A stretch of 45,807 bases of DNA from a virus (lineage: Duplodnaviria > Caudoviricetes). The translations under genes were made by a program, and so were the position numbers. The stretch is taken from the IMG/VR virus record IMGVR_UViG_3300030376_002881, positions 1 through 45,807 of that record; one strand, given 5' to 3'. Below the pieces are notes generated by a model. It made no database searches. It was not told the DNA's origin and saw only the letters and a program-made list of their open reading frames with translations. This document shows, in pieces, positions 17,060-25,824 of this stretch (positions are counted from its first letter, which is position 1; the number at the start of each line of letters is the position of its first letter).

Positions 17060-19498
17060 TTATGCAAAAAAATACTTGGACTCCATGATCTGATCAAGAT
17101 CCAAATCTCCCTTCTTTGGGGGATCTGGGACTTCATCCAATACCTCAAGGGCCGATTGGCGAAAATCCTCCAATACATCATACTGCTTGTAGAGATTTAC
17201 AAATGCTTCTCTCAAGCGTTTAGCGAGTATTGGAGTGTTGGATGCATGAGTTCCATAGGAGTCATGGATCATGCAATACGCATCAATACCGTCATTATTG
17301 CACATGTAGACGGTATTTGTCAAGGCAGAAGCATCTAATGCGTGGACAAAATTTGGGGCTGACCCATTTACCGCACGATTACGGTCCACGGATTTGTTTT
17401 CTTCTGTATTTAAAGTAGGTCTAATAAGATTCCCATCAATAGTAGTTTTTATCCTATGTTTTTTCATGTTTGGATACTGCTGATAAACAACAAAATCTGT
17501 GGGAGTTTTCCATATTAATGGGATATTTCTTTTGGACATCTCTCTGGCTATGTCTCTAATCCAGGTCATAGCTTCTCTTGCTGAGACTACTATATGATTG
17601 ATCGAGTCCCACACAATAGTTGAGATCCAATTTATAGGCACATGTAGTTGCTGTCCCTCCCAAGGGTTTCTATGGCCCTTATAAAACATATCTCTTACAT
17701 AGTCTTCAATATAGTTCCGACAACTAAATAAAGTACCGCCATAAGGTACTACCATTACTGGTCTTTTAGTCATCTTCCTATTGATAAATGAAGTATCTAA
17801 CCATTGTTTTGCCATCTCATCATTTTGAGAAGCTAACATCTTAACTTGATCTAAAGTGTAGTCAGCTACATCTTGATAGATGTCTTGTGGTATGTCTTCA
17901 GATGTAAGATTTGTTGCTTTTCCTCCTATTGGACAACGCAGCATAGCACTATAATGCTGTAGTCCATTGTTAGATCCATCTAAAGCTACAGGTAAACAAG
18001 ATAGGTATCCCTTTCCATGTCTTTTGTACTCTGCCCATTCATGACAGAATGCGTAAAACAACCAAGGATCATCCATCTTCTGCCAAAACTCGCAGTTAAG
18101 TCCATTCTGGGCCGACTGTATGATTGCATCATTGTTATCCCTAACAAACTTGATACGATCATAAAAGGATACCTTATCCACTCCTGCACAGTTTGCTCCG
18201 TGTATAGCAAGCCAATCTTCCTGCTCCTGAGTTTCAATAGGTTTACCTTCTGCAAAGGTTAAAAGAGACTTACTATATTCTGGTCCTTGTGGAGTCAAGA
18301 AAGCAGGTAAAGTGTACTTACGTCCTCTAAAATCTGCATTATGTGGGAAGTAAAACTGGTCATGCTTTAAATATTCTTCAGCTATTTTTATAGTTCTAAG
18401 GAACTGAAGTATCTTGCTAGTTCTCCGTACATTTTCCTGGTAAATCTCTGATGCTGTGATCTTCCACCTTATAAACTTTTCAAATGTTTCCTTATCCATA
18501 TCCTTCTTCTTTAGATCTGGCGGGACAGGGGCAGGAGGTATATCAATGGAGTTTCTCCCTGGAATAGAACCTAACTCTACGTGGTTCTGCCACGCTTCAA
18601 GCTGAGTCTCGTAAACTGGCTTGTTTATCTTCCACTTTGTTTTTTGTATGGAGTTTACGCACTGATACTCAATGTCGTAATTTAACTTCTGCAAGTCTTC
18701 CATTACTACTTGGTTCCTCACCTTTATAAAAGGAACTCGTTTTGTTAAGTAACCTCCGCTATTAAAATCAACCCAATCTTTAGGAGGTACTAACATAGGT
18801 TTGTAAGCAGGACACAGGACTTCACCTTTTATGTTGACACCTTGAATCCAATCAAGAGTTTTTGATGTAGGTAGAACCTGTAATTCCCTTTTCTTAGTAC
18901 CATGTGTCATTACTTGTATTCTTATAAGACCAGTAGCAAGTAATACAATATCTAATAATTTAGACCCTACGTGTATTCTCTCTTTAACAGTCCAGAAGGA
19001 TAGGTTCTCAACTTCTATATTTGATCTACACTGTCTTATAAGACCATACCTTTTGAAATGTCTCGATGCTGTTTGCTTAGATAATTTTTCTTTTAAATAT
19101 CGGAATGTTTTTCTGTCGTGATCTTGCCAAATGTTGAACTTGACCTGATCCTCAATTGCCTGTCCTATTCTACCTGCTAATGCAGTAAACTGTTGCTTAA
19201 AACTAATACCATCAATAGTAAGTTTTAATGAAATGTAGGATGCTACATCTGCATCTAACTGTACTAGATAAGATGCAACGTGATGTTTCTTACCTACACC
19301 GCCTGACAATGCTTCACTAAGGTATTTGTTAAGTTTCTTCTCCACTGCATCTACACTATGTTTCATGAGCATAATGCCGTGTAAAGATGTACTCTCTGTA
19401 CCCTTTTGTTGAGCTTCTCTTACCTGTTTTCGATACTTCTCAATTCCGTAGTTTACCATGCCTTCTTCAAGGCTTAACTGCTGTTCTTCAAGTGTCAT
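17060..19498 (-). CDS. Single-subunit DNA-directed RNA polymerase (T7 gp1-like)
   Basis: DFRGRKY, DGSNNGLQHYS, RKMTKRPVMVVPYG, APNFVHALDA, IHDSYG and C-terminal YFFA. Confidence 0.98.
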   Translation of the reverse strand: MTLEEQQLSLEEGMVNYGIEKYRKQVREAQQKGTESTSLHGIMLMKHSVDAVEKKLNKYLSEALSGGVGKKHHVASYLVQLDADVASYISLKLTIDGISFKQQFTALAGRIGQAIEDQVKFNIWQDHDRKTFRYLKEKLSKQTASRHFKRYGLIRQCRSNIEVENLSFWTVKERIHVGSKLLDIVLLATGLIRIQVMTHGTKKRELQVLPTSKTLDWIQGVNIKGEVLCPAYKPMLVPPKDWVDFNSGGYLTKRVPFIKVRNQVVMEDLQKLNYDIEYQCVNSIQKTKWKINKPVYETQLEAWQNHVELGSIPGRNSIDIPPAPVPPDLKKKDMDKETFEKFIRWKITASEIYQENVRRTSKILQFLRTIKIAEEYLKHDQFYFPHNADFRGRKYTLPAFLTPQGPEYSKSLLTFAEGKPIETQEQEDWLAIHGANCAGVDKVSFYDRIKFVRDNNDAIIQSAQNGLNCEFWQKMDDPWLFYAFCHEWAEYKRHGKGYLSCLPVALDGSNNGLQHYSAMLRCPIGGKATNLTSEDIPQDIYQDVADYTLDQVKMLASQNDEMAKQWLDTSFINRKMTKRPVMVVPYGGTLFSCRNYIEDYVRDMFYKGHRNPWEGQQLHVPINWISTIVWDSINHIVVSAREAMTWIRDIAREMSKRNIPLIWKTPTDFVVYQQYPNMKKHRIKTTIDGNLIRPTLNTEENKSVDRNRAVNGSAPNFVHALDASALTNTVYMCNNDGIDAYCMIHDSYGTHASNTPILAKRLREAFVNLYKQYDVLEDFRQSALEVLDEVPDPPKKGDLDLDQIMESKYFFA

Positions 19499-19686
19499 AC
19501 AAATGGTCTGTCTTTGTCTGCTTGGTTAGAACCTTTAGTTTTGTAATCTCCGTAGCCATCTTCTTGCCACGTTTTAATCATCTTCTGCACACCAACAAGA
19601 TCGTACTCCAGTAGCTTTAAAGCCTTCAGGATTACATCTAGCTGATGATCAGGTGCTAGGTAGTCTTTAGAAGTGTCCGTCATCAA
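19495..19686 (-). CDS. Small hypothetical protein
   Basis: ORF with ATGA overlap to the RNAP start. Confidence 0.55.
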   Translation of the reverse strand: MMTDTSKDYLAPDHQLDVILKALKLLEYDLVGVQKMIKTWQEDGYGDYKTKGSNQADKDRPFV

Positions 19687-19712
19687 TTACACCAAATCAC
19701 ACCAGGGTTAAA

Positions 19713-19724
19713 TATTATCTCACA
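19713..19724 (-). promoter_or_regulatory. TGTGAGATAATA box upstream of the RNAP operon
   Basis: Exact 12-mer repeat; no good -35 at normal spacing. Confidence 0.7.
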
Positions 19725-19807
19725 TGTAGCACTAGATATATGTCTAGAATACATGTAATAAGTTCAACTATTTGTATATTGAATTACTGGTGGAATTAAT
19801 TAAGATG

Positions 19808-19848
19808 GATTTCGAGTCTACCGCCTTCGACCACTCGGCCATCTCTCC
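19808..19848 (-). other. attP core = 5' half of tRNA-Ser(CGA)
   Basis: GGAGAGATGGCCGAGTGGTCGAAGGCGGTAGACTCGAAATC; resemblance ends just after the anticodon loop; 9 bp from the integrase stop. Confidence 0.88.
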
Positions 19849-19857
19849 GCAGTAATA

Positions 19858-20910
19858 TCAATGGGTTACGTATTCAAGATTTTGAATGTTGGTGTAATTT
19901 TGCTCTTTTTTTACACCAGATTGCACCAAATCCACACCACGCTGTTCCAGTACGCTTATGTCTTCTGCACCGTGATCAGGTGCTAAGTGAGCATACCTCT
20001 TTGTCATCTCCTGAGTATTATGTCCCATCAACTCTTGGACGTTATAGATAGGTCTTCCACCTTGCACTAAACGAGAAGCAAAAGTGTGTCTTAATGTGTG
20101 AATAGTAACGTCCTCATAACCTAAATCTTTCGATGCTCTTTTCATCAATCTCCTCATCCATGAGTAGGAATAATTAAGAGGAGTTTCTGCATAAGGATCT
20201 TGCATCTGTCTTCGCCCAAGCATATCCATAACTCTCTTGGTTAGTTTTATTGATCTAGGTTTGTCAGACTTATTAACCCATATTCTTACATAACCATTGT
20301 TATAATCTGAATACGGAACACTTAACATTTCTCCTACTCTCATACCAGTATCACACCCCAAAATTATGACATCCTGCATTTGGACTGCATCTGAAAAGTA
20401 ATTAAGATACTGGTCTTCTTCTTCCCATGTTAACCAACGTATCTTTCCAGGTGGTTCATCCTCCCATAGAAAGTCAGGTACTTGGTTACATTTTTTATAG
20501 GTTTTAGCAGTTTTAAATATCTTACTGAGGCAAGAGTATTTTCGGTTTACTGTAGCATTAGAATTACCTCTCTCTGACTTACAATAGAGTTTAAATTCTA
20601 ATACTGACTCAGAATCTATTCTATCAAGAAGTGTAGTTTCACCAAAGTAATCCATCAACTGTTTACCATTGATTCGTTGGGTTTTTTCACCTCTTGTATT
20701 AGCCCAATGTAGGCTATAGGTTTTTCTAAAACCTTCCATAAGAGTCCATACATCAGTTTTTAATGTTACATCAACTCCATTACGGATCTTGAATAACATA
20801 TCCTTTTCCCAGAATTTAGCTTCTGCTTCACTGGGAAAAGTCTGATCGTATCGTTTACCTTTATGAGTAAACTGTGCTCTGTATGAATTACCTCGTTTAA
20901 TTACGCTCAT
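19858..20910 (-). CDS. int: Tyrosine recombinase / integrase
   Basis: TGMRVGE, K, HTLRHTFASRL, MGH and RYAH catalytic set; N-terminal arm-binding-like segment. Confidence 0.97.
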   Translation of the reverse strand: MSVIKRGNSYRAQFTHKGKRYDQTFPSEAEAKFWEKDMLFKIRNGVDVTLKTDVWTLMEGFRKTYSLHWANTRGEKTQRINGKQLMDYFGETTLLDRIDSESVLEFKLYCKSERGNSNATVNRKYSCLSKIFKTAKTYKKCNQVPDFLWEDEPPGKIRWLTWEEEDQYLNYFSDAVQMQDVIILGCDTGMRVGEMLSVPYSDYNNGYVRIWVNKSDKPRSIKLTKRVMDMLGRRQMQDPYAETPLNYSYSWMRRLMKRASKDLGYEDVTIHTLRHTFASRLVQGGRPIYNVQELMGHNTQEMTKRYAHLAPDHGAEDISVLEQRGVDLVQSGVKKEQNYTNIQNLEYVTH

Positions 20911-21247
20911 TCAATATATCTACAAGAGATTGAACAAATAAGTCACCTTTCTGGGTGATACTGACTAACTTCTCTACTCTGAACTCTGGATTCTCCTCAG
21001 TCTTGAGAAGTCCATGACCGTTATCTTTAGCACGGTTACGTTCACAGTATGCCATTACATTACGTGATGCACTACCAGACTTCTGACCTGCTAATGCACC
21101 TAAAGACTTTACAGACTTAGGATGTTTAGGGTCTTGCATCGCAGCTTCTAACAATATAAGTATCGTAGGAATTTGCATTTCCATGTCAAGCTCTTGAAAA
21201 CGGTTAAGAACACGTTTGAGCTTTTTCAGTTCATTGTACTGTTCCAT
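20897..21247 (-). CDS. MarR-like winged-helix regulator (putative repressor)
   Basis: EMQIPTILILL...SVKSLG...SASRNV...GLL...VSITQKG; overlaps the int start. Confidence 0.8.
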   Translation of the reverse strand: MEQYNELKKLKRVLNRFQELDMEMQIPTILILLEAAMQDPKHPKSVKSLGALAGQKSGSASRNVMAYCERNRAKDNGHGLLKTEENPEFRVEKLVSITQKGDLFVQSLVDILNERN

Positions 21248-21332
21248 AGTGCTTTTTTATAGTTGGCATCACCGCAACAACTCCGACTCATGCATACTTG
21301 GCCTGTCTATCGGGACTTCGCCTTTAGTTGAG

Positions 21333-21626
21333 TTAGATTGGTGGTGGTAGATCAATTATCGATCTTGATGAATAATCTTTTTCGAAATGCAGTGTTGCAT
21401 TTCTAGTTATTTGGCTGATGGTTCTGATCGTAAATCCCCAACCTTTCCACATACCCTGAAAAACAGCAGTATGAGCAATGCCAGTTAGACTTTTCGCCTT
21501 CAGTACCATTCGATCCCATCTCCCTCCTGCGGTAGATGAACTGATTTCTCGGCTGATCTTTGAGTTGTTAAAGCGGTGGTGTCTAGCCACTAATTCGCCG
21601 CTGTGTATGTGATTTTTACCTATCAA
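21333..21626 (-). CDS. Hypothetical protein in the lysogeny module
   Basis: TTG start with GGAGG 5 nt upstream; overlaps the leader ORF stop. Confidence 0.55.
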   Translation of the reverse strand: MIGKNHIHSGELVARHHRFNNSKISREISSSTAGGRWDRMVLKAKSLTGIAHTAVFQGMWKGWGFTIRTISQITRNATLHFEKDYSSRSIIDLPPPI

Positions 21627-21732
21627 TAGGCCCTCCCCATCTGGAGCCTTGGCCCCAATTCCAAAGCCCTTTAATCATTGATTGTGGTGGAAACCAGTAA
21701 TTTGAGCTTGGGCGAATCTTTAAAATTTGCAT
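21616..21732 (-). CDS. 38-aa Trp-rich leader-like ORF
   Basis: AGAAAGGTGA RBS; MQILKIRPSSNYWFPPQSMIKGLWNWGQGSRWGGPIDR. Confidence 0.55.
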   Translation of the reverse strand: MQILKIRPSSNYWFPPQSMIKGLWNWGQGSRWGGPIDR

Positions 21733-21846
21733 AATCTCACCTTTCTTTATGAAATAGTTAAACGAATTCCAAATAAATTAACATACGTAACATTATCATA
21801 CCGCTTGAAATAAAGCAATGGTAATTTATTGTCACATATAGCTTTA

Positions 21847-22044
21847 TTACGAGTTAAAAAGATCTCGTATTCTCCTACTTTCAGCAACATACGGCACATC
21901 CTGTTTCATATTTACAATCACACGTGTCCACTGAAAAGAAAGAAAGTATCCTAAGATACACATTGCAACTACATAAAAGAATAATTCTCTCATATCAATT
22001 AAGCACTTGTGGTTCAATATTACTATGCTCAGAAGCAATGACAT
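21847..22044 (-). CDS. Small membrane protein (start uncertain)
   Basis: Hydrophobic stretch LFFYVVAMCILGYFLSF; last gene of the early block. Confidence 0.5.
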   Translation of the reverse strand: MSLLLSIVILNHKCLIDMRELFFYVVAMCILGYFLSFQWTRVIVNMKQDVPYVAESRRIRDLFNS

Positions 22045-22252
22045 CCTGTGTAGCTTCTATGAAATCATACAGTTCTTTCTGCATAAACTGATATGCTTGC
22101 ATTGCAGTCAGATCCTGATCATTCAAGATAGCGTGGGTCTGACCTACAAAGATCTGCATGAGATTGAAGAAATGAGATGCAAGCCTAGTCTTAGACTCAT
22201 CATCCAATTTCTCAAACAAACTACTGAACGTGTCCTGAGACTGCATATTCAT
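21995..22252 (-). CDS. Early hypothetical protein
   Basis: Packed minus-strand ORF. Confidence 0.6.
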   Translation of the reverse strand: MNMQSQDTFSSLFEKLDDESKTRLASHFFNLMQIFVGQTHAILNDQDLTAMQAYQFMQKELYDFIEATQDVIASEHSNIEPQVLN

Positions 22253-22481
22253 CTACATTGCGAGTAGTTTCAGAAGTAACTACACGAAAACGTCCGTTGT
22301 AGTCTTTGGCTAAGACCTTGATAAGTAGATTCTTGATATGCTCAATGTTCATATCGTCTAAACTCATCCATTCCTTACGAGACTCGCTATAATACATTAC
22401 CTCACGTGCAACATTCTTATGTGAGTGAGGCATGTGCTCATTTCGAGTCTGATCCGTCCACTTCACTAGGCTTACTGGCAT
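22221..22481 (-). CDS. Early hypothetical protein
   Basis: Packed ORF containing YYSESRKEWMSLDDMNIEHIKN. Confidence 0.6.
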   Translation of the reverse strand: MPVSLVKWTDQTRNEHMPHSHKNVAREVMYYSESRKEWMSLDDMNIEHIKNLLIKVLAKDYNGRFRVVTSETTRNVDEYAVSGHVQ

Positions 22482-22689
22482 TTTCTTTTCCTTTCATGTT
22501 GGATTTAACAAATTCTCCTAATTTCTTAGGATCTTCACACAGTTTTGCACCTTCCATCATGGATAACTTCACAGGCTTATCCTGGCCTGGAAACACAAAT
22601 TCGATACTAGGCATTGATTTCTCCATAAAGTTCCATACAGCGTTCAACTTCTTCTTGATCATCACAGTCCCACAAGAACATTGCTTCAT
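22438..22689 (-). CDS. Early hypothetical protein (true start probably near 22614-22626)
   Basis: Packed ORF. Confidence 0.5.
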   Translation of the reverse strand: MKQCSCGTVMIKKKLNAVWNFMEKSMPSIEFVFPGQDKPVKLSMMEGAKLCEDPKKLGEFVKSNMKGKENASKPSEVDGSDSK

Positions 22690-22849
22690 CTTGAGCTACA
22701 TTAGCTATCAACTCTTTCTGTGAGAGTTGGTTAGCATAGTTCTCACCTGCTTTTTCAAACTGTTCAAATGTGAAACCGAAGTTGTCCTTCTTTTCTGAAA
22801 TAATTTTAAAGGACTCTGATCTACCCATCTCATAGAGACTTTTGCTCAT
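22607..22849 (-). CDS. Early hypothetical protein
   Basis: ATGA overlap with the upstream gene. Confidence 0.6.
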   Translation of the reverse strand: MSKSLYEMGRSESFKIISEKKDNFGFTFEQFEKAGENYANQLSQKELIANVAQDEAMFLWDCDDQEEVERCMELYGEINA

Positions 22850-23091
22850 TTGTTTCTCTCAATGAGTTGAATCAAGTTCTGTGTCGCTTCAGACACTTGC
22901 TTTGCCATGTCGATTGCATCAAAGCACTTATCCTTCCAGACAATGTGATGCCAACCAGTATGGTCCTTGCCTATGTACCGTCCTTGTCTACCTTTGTACT
23001 TTAACCATTGCCCACGTTGAGCTATTTGCAAGATAGCAAGCATCCCACGTGCATTGCGGTTATTTGCACTTACCTGATTAATGTATTGCAT
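22846..23091 (-). CDS. Early hypothetical protein
   Basis: ORF with AGGA RBS. Confidence 0.6.
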   Translation of the reverse strand: MQYINQVSANNRNARGMLAILQIAQRGQWLKYKGRQGRYIGKDHTGWHHIVWKDKCFDAIDMAKQVSEATQNLIQLIERNK

Positions 23092-23134
23092 AGTCTATCC
23101 TATGTCAAGGTTAAAATCACACGTAGATGAATTT

Positions 23135-23755
23135 CTACGCAGTTAGCCATTGAGGGTGTAAACTAGACAAGTGTTCACCGTCAATGAGTTTAGGCATTTC
23201 TAAGGGTCTGGCATTACACCATTGATCCCATAGATACCCACATCCACCGATCTTACGGCAGAAGTCTAGGTAATCAAGAGTCTTTCTATTCTTAGTCTCT
23301 TGACTATTACCACTGGTCTGCCACCGATTCGGAGTGCCTTTTTTGGCATCCACATCTGGCATATACTTTTTAATGTTATGGACATCAAAACAACCTGCCC
23401 ACCCATTCATCATTTGAGCTACAAATGCAGCTTTAGGAATACCAAGACCTGGAACTTCAAGCCACCTCATAATGAAGTCTCTATCTGAATCCTTTTTCTT
23501 GGATTTTATGATCTTCATAGAGTCGGTATACAATTCATATCTATTTTTATAGACATAATCTGCTCCTGCTCTTTTGTTTTTCATCTTCTGTATTGGCTTA
23601 CAAGCAAACCCTTGGTCCCTGTACTCTTGGATTTCTTCACAGAGTCGATCTGTCCTAGTACGGATGCTAATACTAACTAAAGCATATCCCTGCATCATAC
23701 CTTCAACCGAACCCTGCATTATCTCACGGCACTGGGGATTGTGTTTTCTATACAT
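23135..23755 (-). CDS. Helix-hairpin-helix DNA glycosylase-like protein
   Basis: VPGLGIPKAAF HhH motif followed by CFDVH; C-terminal LWDQW. Confidence 0.65.
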   Translation of the reverse strand: MYRKHNPQCREIMQGSVEGMMQGYALVSISIRTRTDRLCEEIQEYRDQGFACKPIQKMKNKRAGADYVYKNRYELYTDSMKIIKSKKKDSDRDFIMRWLEVPGLGIPKAAFVAQMMNGWAGCFDVHNIKKYMPDVDAKKGTPNRWQTSGNSQETKNRKTLDYLDFCRKIGGCGYLWDQWCNARPLEMPKLIDGEHLSSLHPQWLTA

Positions 23756-23907
23756 TCCTCAACGTCAATGTTAGGGTTATCAATAGTACCACACCACACA
23801 CAGTCCTTCTGAGTTAGTATCACCTTCACGTGATAGTTCAAAAAGATGTATGCCATTCCAATTGCTACACTAAATAGCATTGCTAGGAATATCATCACGA
23901 GGATCAT
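23719..23907 (-). CDS. Small membrane protein with CxxC
   Basis: Hydrophobic N-terminus, CVWC. Confidence 0.55.
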   Translation of the reverse strand: MILVMIFLAMLFSVAIGMAYIFLNYHVKVILTQKDCVWCGTIDNPNIDVEECIENTIPSAVR

Positions 23908-24079
23908 CTTGTTCCTCCTTTGTTAGTTTTAATTCTTCTCTAAATTTCATTTCTTCTAATAGAACGTGATACATGTGTTGATTTCTACCATCATCCCATT
24001 TATAAAACTTTCTCTTCTTGTCTTCATGGACCTGTGTTCCACGGTTTTTTATGCCTTTTGTTCTATTCGATTTTCCCAT
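23870..24079 (-). CDS. Early hypothetical protein
   Basis: Packed ORF. Confidence 0.55.
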   Translation of the reverse strand: MGKSNRTKGIKNRGTQVHEDKKRKFYKWDDGRNQHMYHVLLEEMKFREELKLTKEEQDDPRDDIPSNAI

Positions 24080-24258
24080 AGTCTTATTAAACTTTGAGTG
24101 TGAGTCATTTGCTCTAATAGTTTTAATATTGAATCACACTTAATTGTATTATCAGGCTCAGTTGCCCAATCGTTTAACTGTCCTAACTGCTTAACATACT
24201 CATCTTGAGTATTGCAGTAACGGAGTGCCATTCCTGGTGTTAGTTTAGTTTGATTCAT
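24049..24258 (-). CDS. Early hypothetical protein
   Basis: GGAGG RBS. Confidence 0.6.
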   Translation of the reverse strand: MNQTKLTPGMALRYCNTQDEYVKQLGQLNDWATEPDNTIKCDSILKLLEQMTHTQSLIRLWENRIEQKA

Positions 24259-24401
24259 GATTCCTCCAGTGTGTTTACTGCTTCTGTATCTACTTCATCA
24301 AGTAATTGAGCTAAAGTATCTGAATGGGGATACCCTAGTTCCTTTGCTACTTCTTTAATAAAATCAGTAGCAACCAGTATCTTGTTTAAATCTAATTTCA
24401 T
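24255..24401 (-). CDS. Early hypothetical protein (48 aa)
   Basis: Hand translation MKLDLNKILVATDFIKEVAKELGYPHSD...; GAGG RBS and ATGA overlaps at both ends. Confidence 0.65.
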   Translation of the reverse strand: MKLDLNKILVATDFIKEVAKELGYPHSDTLAQLLDEVDTEAVNTLEES

Positions 24402-24685
24402 GATTCCTCATCTGGATTAGTTATACTGTCTTGAATTGCATGAATATCTGCGATTAATTCTTCAATATGAGTTTGAATATGATCCACAGAATTCCATGCA
24501 GTAGATACACACAGGCTATCAAGTTCACGTGCTACTTTACGTAGTGACTCTATATCACTTTGACATGCACTTAATACAATCTGGTCTTTAGGACTTTTAT
24601 CCCTAAGAGATCCGTAGAATGCTACATGTTCTTCAGGTGTAAATATGTCATGCTGCATGTTCGTACCATTCTTTTTCAGTTTCAA
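24398..24685 (-). CDS. Early hypothetical protein
   Basis: Packed ORF. Confidence 0.6.
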   Translation of the reverse strand: MKLKKNGTNMQHDIFTPEEHVAFYGSLRDKSPKDQIVLSACQSDIESLRKVARELDSLCVSTAWNSVDHIQTHIEELIADIHAIQDSITNPDEES

Positions 24686-24872
24686 ACATTAATGGAATTA
24701 CATTTTCATGTATGAACTTAGCTTTCTCATTTGAAAGACTTGTTACTCCCATCACATCACATAACGACTTTGCTCTGTTATTCACAGGATACATTAGAGT
24801 CCTGCCATAATTAGCTTTAGCTTTGAAAACAAAACTAACGTCACCTTTGTACTCTGTTGAATGTATATTCAT
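24648..24872 (-). CDS. Early hypothetical protein
   Basis: GAGGT RBS; YGRTLMYPVN pattern. Confidence 0.65.
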   Translation of the reverse strand: MNIHSTEYKGDVSFVFKAKANYGRTLMYPVNNRAKSLCDVMGVTSLSNEKAKFIHENVIPLMFETEKEWYEHAA

Positions 24873-24873
24873 A

Positions 24874-25092
24874 TTACCTCAATATAGTTACAGGTTGATC
24901 TGTTTCTATCCATAGGGTTGCACCACAGGACAGAGGTTTATCGGGTTGATAAACAACCCTTCCACAAGTGAAAGCTACTTCAGAACATTTAATGTTCGAT
25001 TTGTAGGTTTTCACTGTGATTGGAGGTAATTCCGTACCATGTTTTTTGTTATGCTTAACATGATGGGAATTAACATGGATTAAAGTTTTCAT
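24874..25092 (-). CDS. Conserved phage protein of unknown function
   Basis: IHVN...PPITVKTYKSN...VYQPDKPLSCGATLWIET, a pattern I recall from many phages (unverified). Confidence 0.7.
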   Translation of the reverse strand: MKTLIHVNSHHVKHNKKHGTELPPITVKTYKSNIKCSEVAFTCGRVVYQPDKPLSCGATLWIETDQPVTILR

Positions 25093-25378
25093 AGAATTTC
25101 ACATACTTGTTTCCATTACGTTTTCTGGTACTATGCCCAGACCCTACACCAGACCGACTTCTAAACTGATTTAGATACTTTTCATTATCACTCTCACCTT
25201 GAATCAATGAGACTTCCATTGAACTAAGGTCAAAGTACTTTTGGTTGTAATCAGTGCATTCCTGGCAGATACGGTCAGGTCTAACCGTTCTACGACTGCA
25301 TTGATTGCACGTGTAGTCCTTATAGATCATATCTGTGTCCCTATAATTGTTCCGTATCCCACCAAACCATGTGTTCAC
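25070..25378 (-). CDS. Zinc-finger-like early protein
   Basis: CNQC...CQEC; start uncertain. Confidence 0.55.
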   Translation of the reverse strand: MNTWFGGIRNNYRDTDMIYKDYTCNQCSRRTVRPDRICQECTDYNQKYFDLSSMEVSLIQGESDNEKYLNQFRSRSGVGSGHSTRKRNGNKYVKFYENFNPC

Positions 25379-25417
25379 CTTGGCAGAATGTGAAATATCC
25401 GTATTCTGGTATTGTAC

Positions 25418-25627
25418 TCATTCATTTTCCTTTTTTGCTGTAGTTATACAGGCATTACAATAGTTATTACCTTTGAAACTATACTTAACACTTCTAGTTT
25501 CACCGCATGTAATACATGTAAGTTTCTTATTAGGCCAATCATCAATAAGAGTAGCTCTTAGAAACTTAGTTGTATCCATCCAATCTGAAAATACATCACT
25601 CATTATTACCCTCCTTCCTTTGAGCAT
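25418..25627 (-). CDS. Zinc-finger-like early protein
   Basis: CITC...CNAC; GGAGG RBS before an internal ATG. Confidence 0.6.
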   Translation of the reverse strand: MLKGRRVIMSDVFSDWMDTTKFLRATLIDDWPNKKLTCITCGETRSVKYSFKGNNYCNACITTAKKENE

Positions 25628-25824
25628 AAATAACCTTCAGCCCATGCTATTAATGCATCTAAACTTTTGGTTGTTATGTAGGCTTTTCCTGCAAAATAGT
25701 CAGGATGTGTACTCCATTTTCTAAAGCCTTTGCCTTTAGTTAAATAGATGTCATATACGAACATTCTATTCTGTAAGGTTTGTAGCCAATTATGCTTTTC
25801 TGTAGCTGTCATAATCACTCCCAA
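25606..25824 (-). CDS. Early hypothetical protein
   Basis: Packed ORF. Confidence 0.6.
   Translation of the reverse strand: MGVIMTATEKHNWLQTLQNRMFVYDIYLTKGKGFRKWSTHPDYFAGKAYITTKSLDALIAWAEGYLCSKEGG

Larger units (their letters stand above)
19686..19940. mobile_element. attP region: core, arm-type repeats and IHF-consensus site
   Basis: ATTACACCAR-like 10-mers at 19686, 19696, 19787(inv), 19889(inv), 19910, 19920 and 19931; TATCAAtgggTTA at 19856-19868. Confidence 0.8.

Noticed and set aside
19808-19848. Functional tRNA-Ser gene
   Set aside because: Only the 5' half is present; no variable arm, T-arm or 3' acceptor strand
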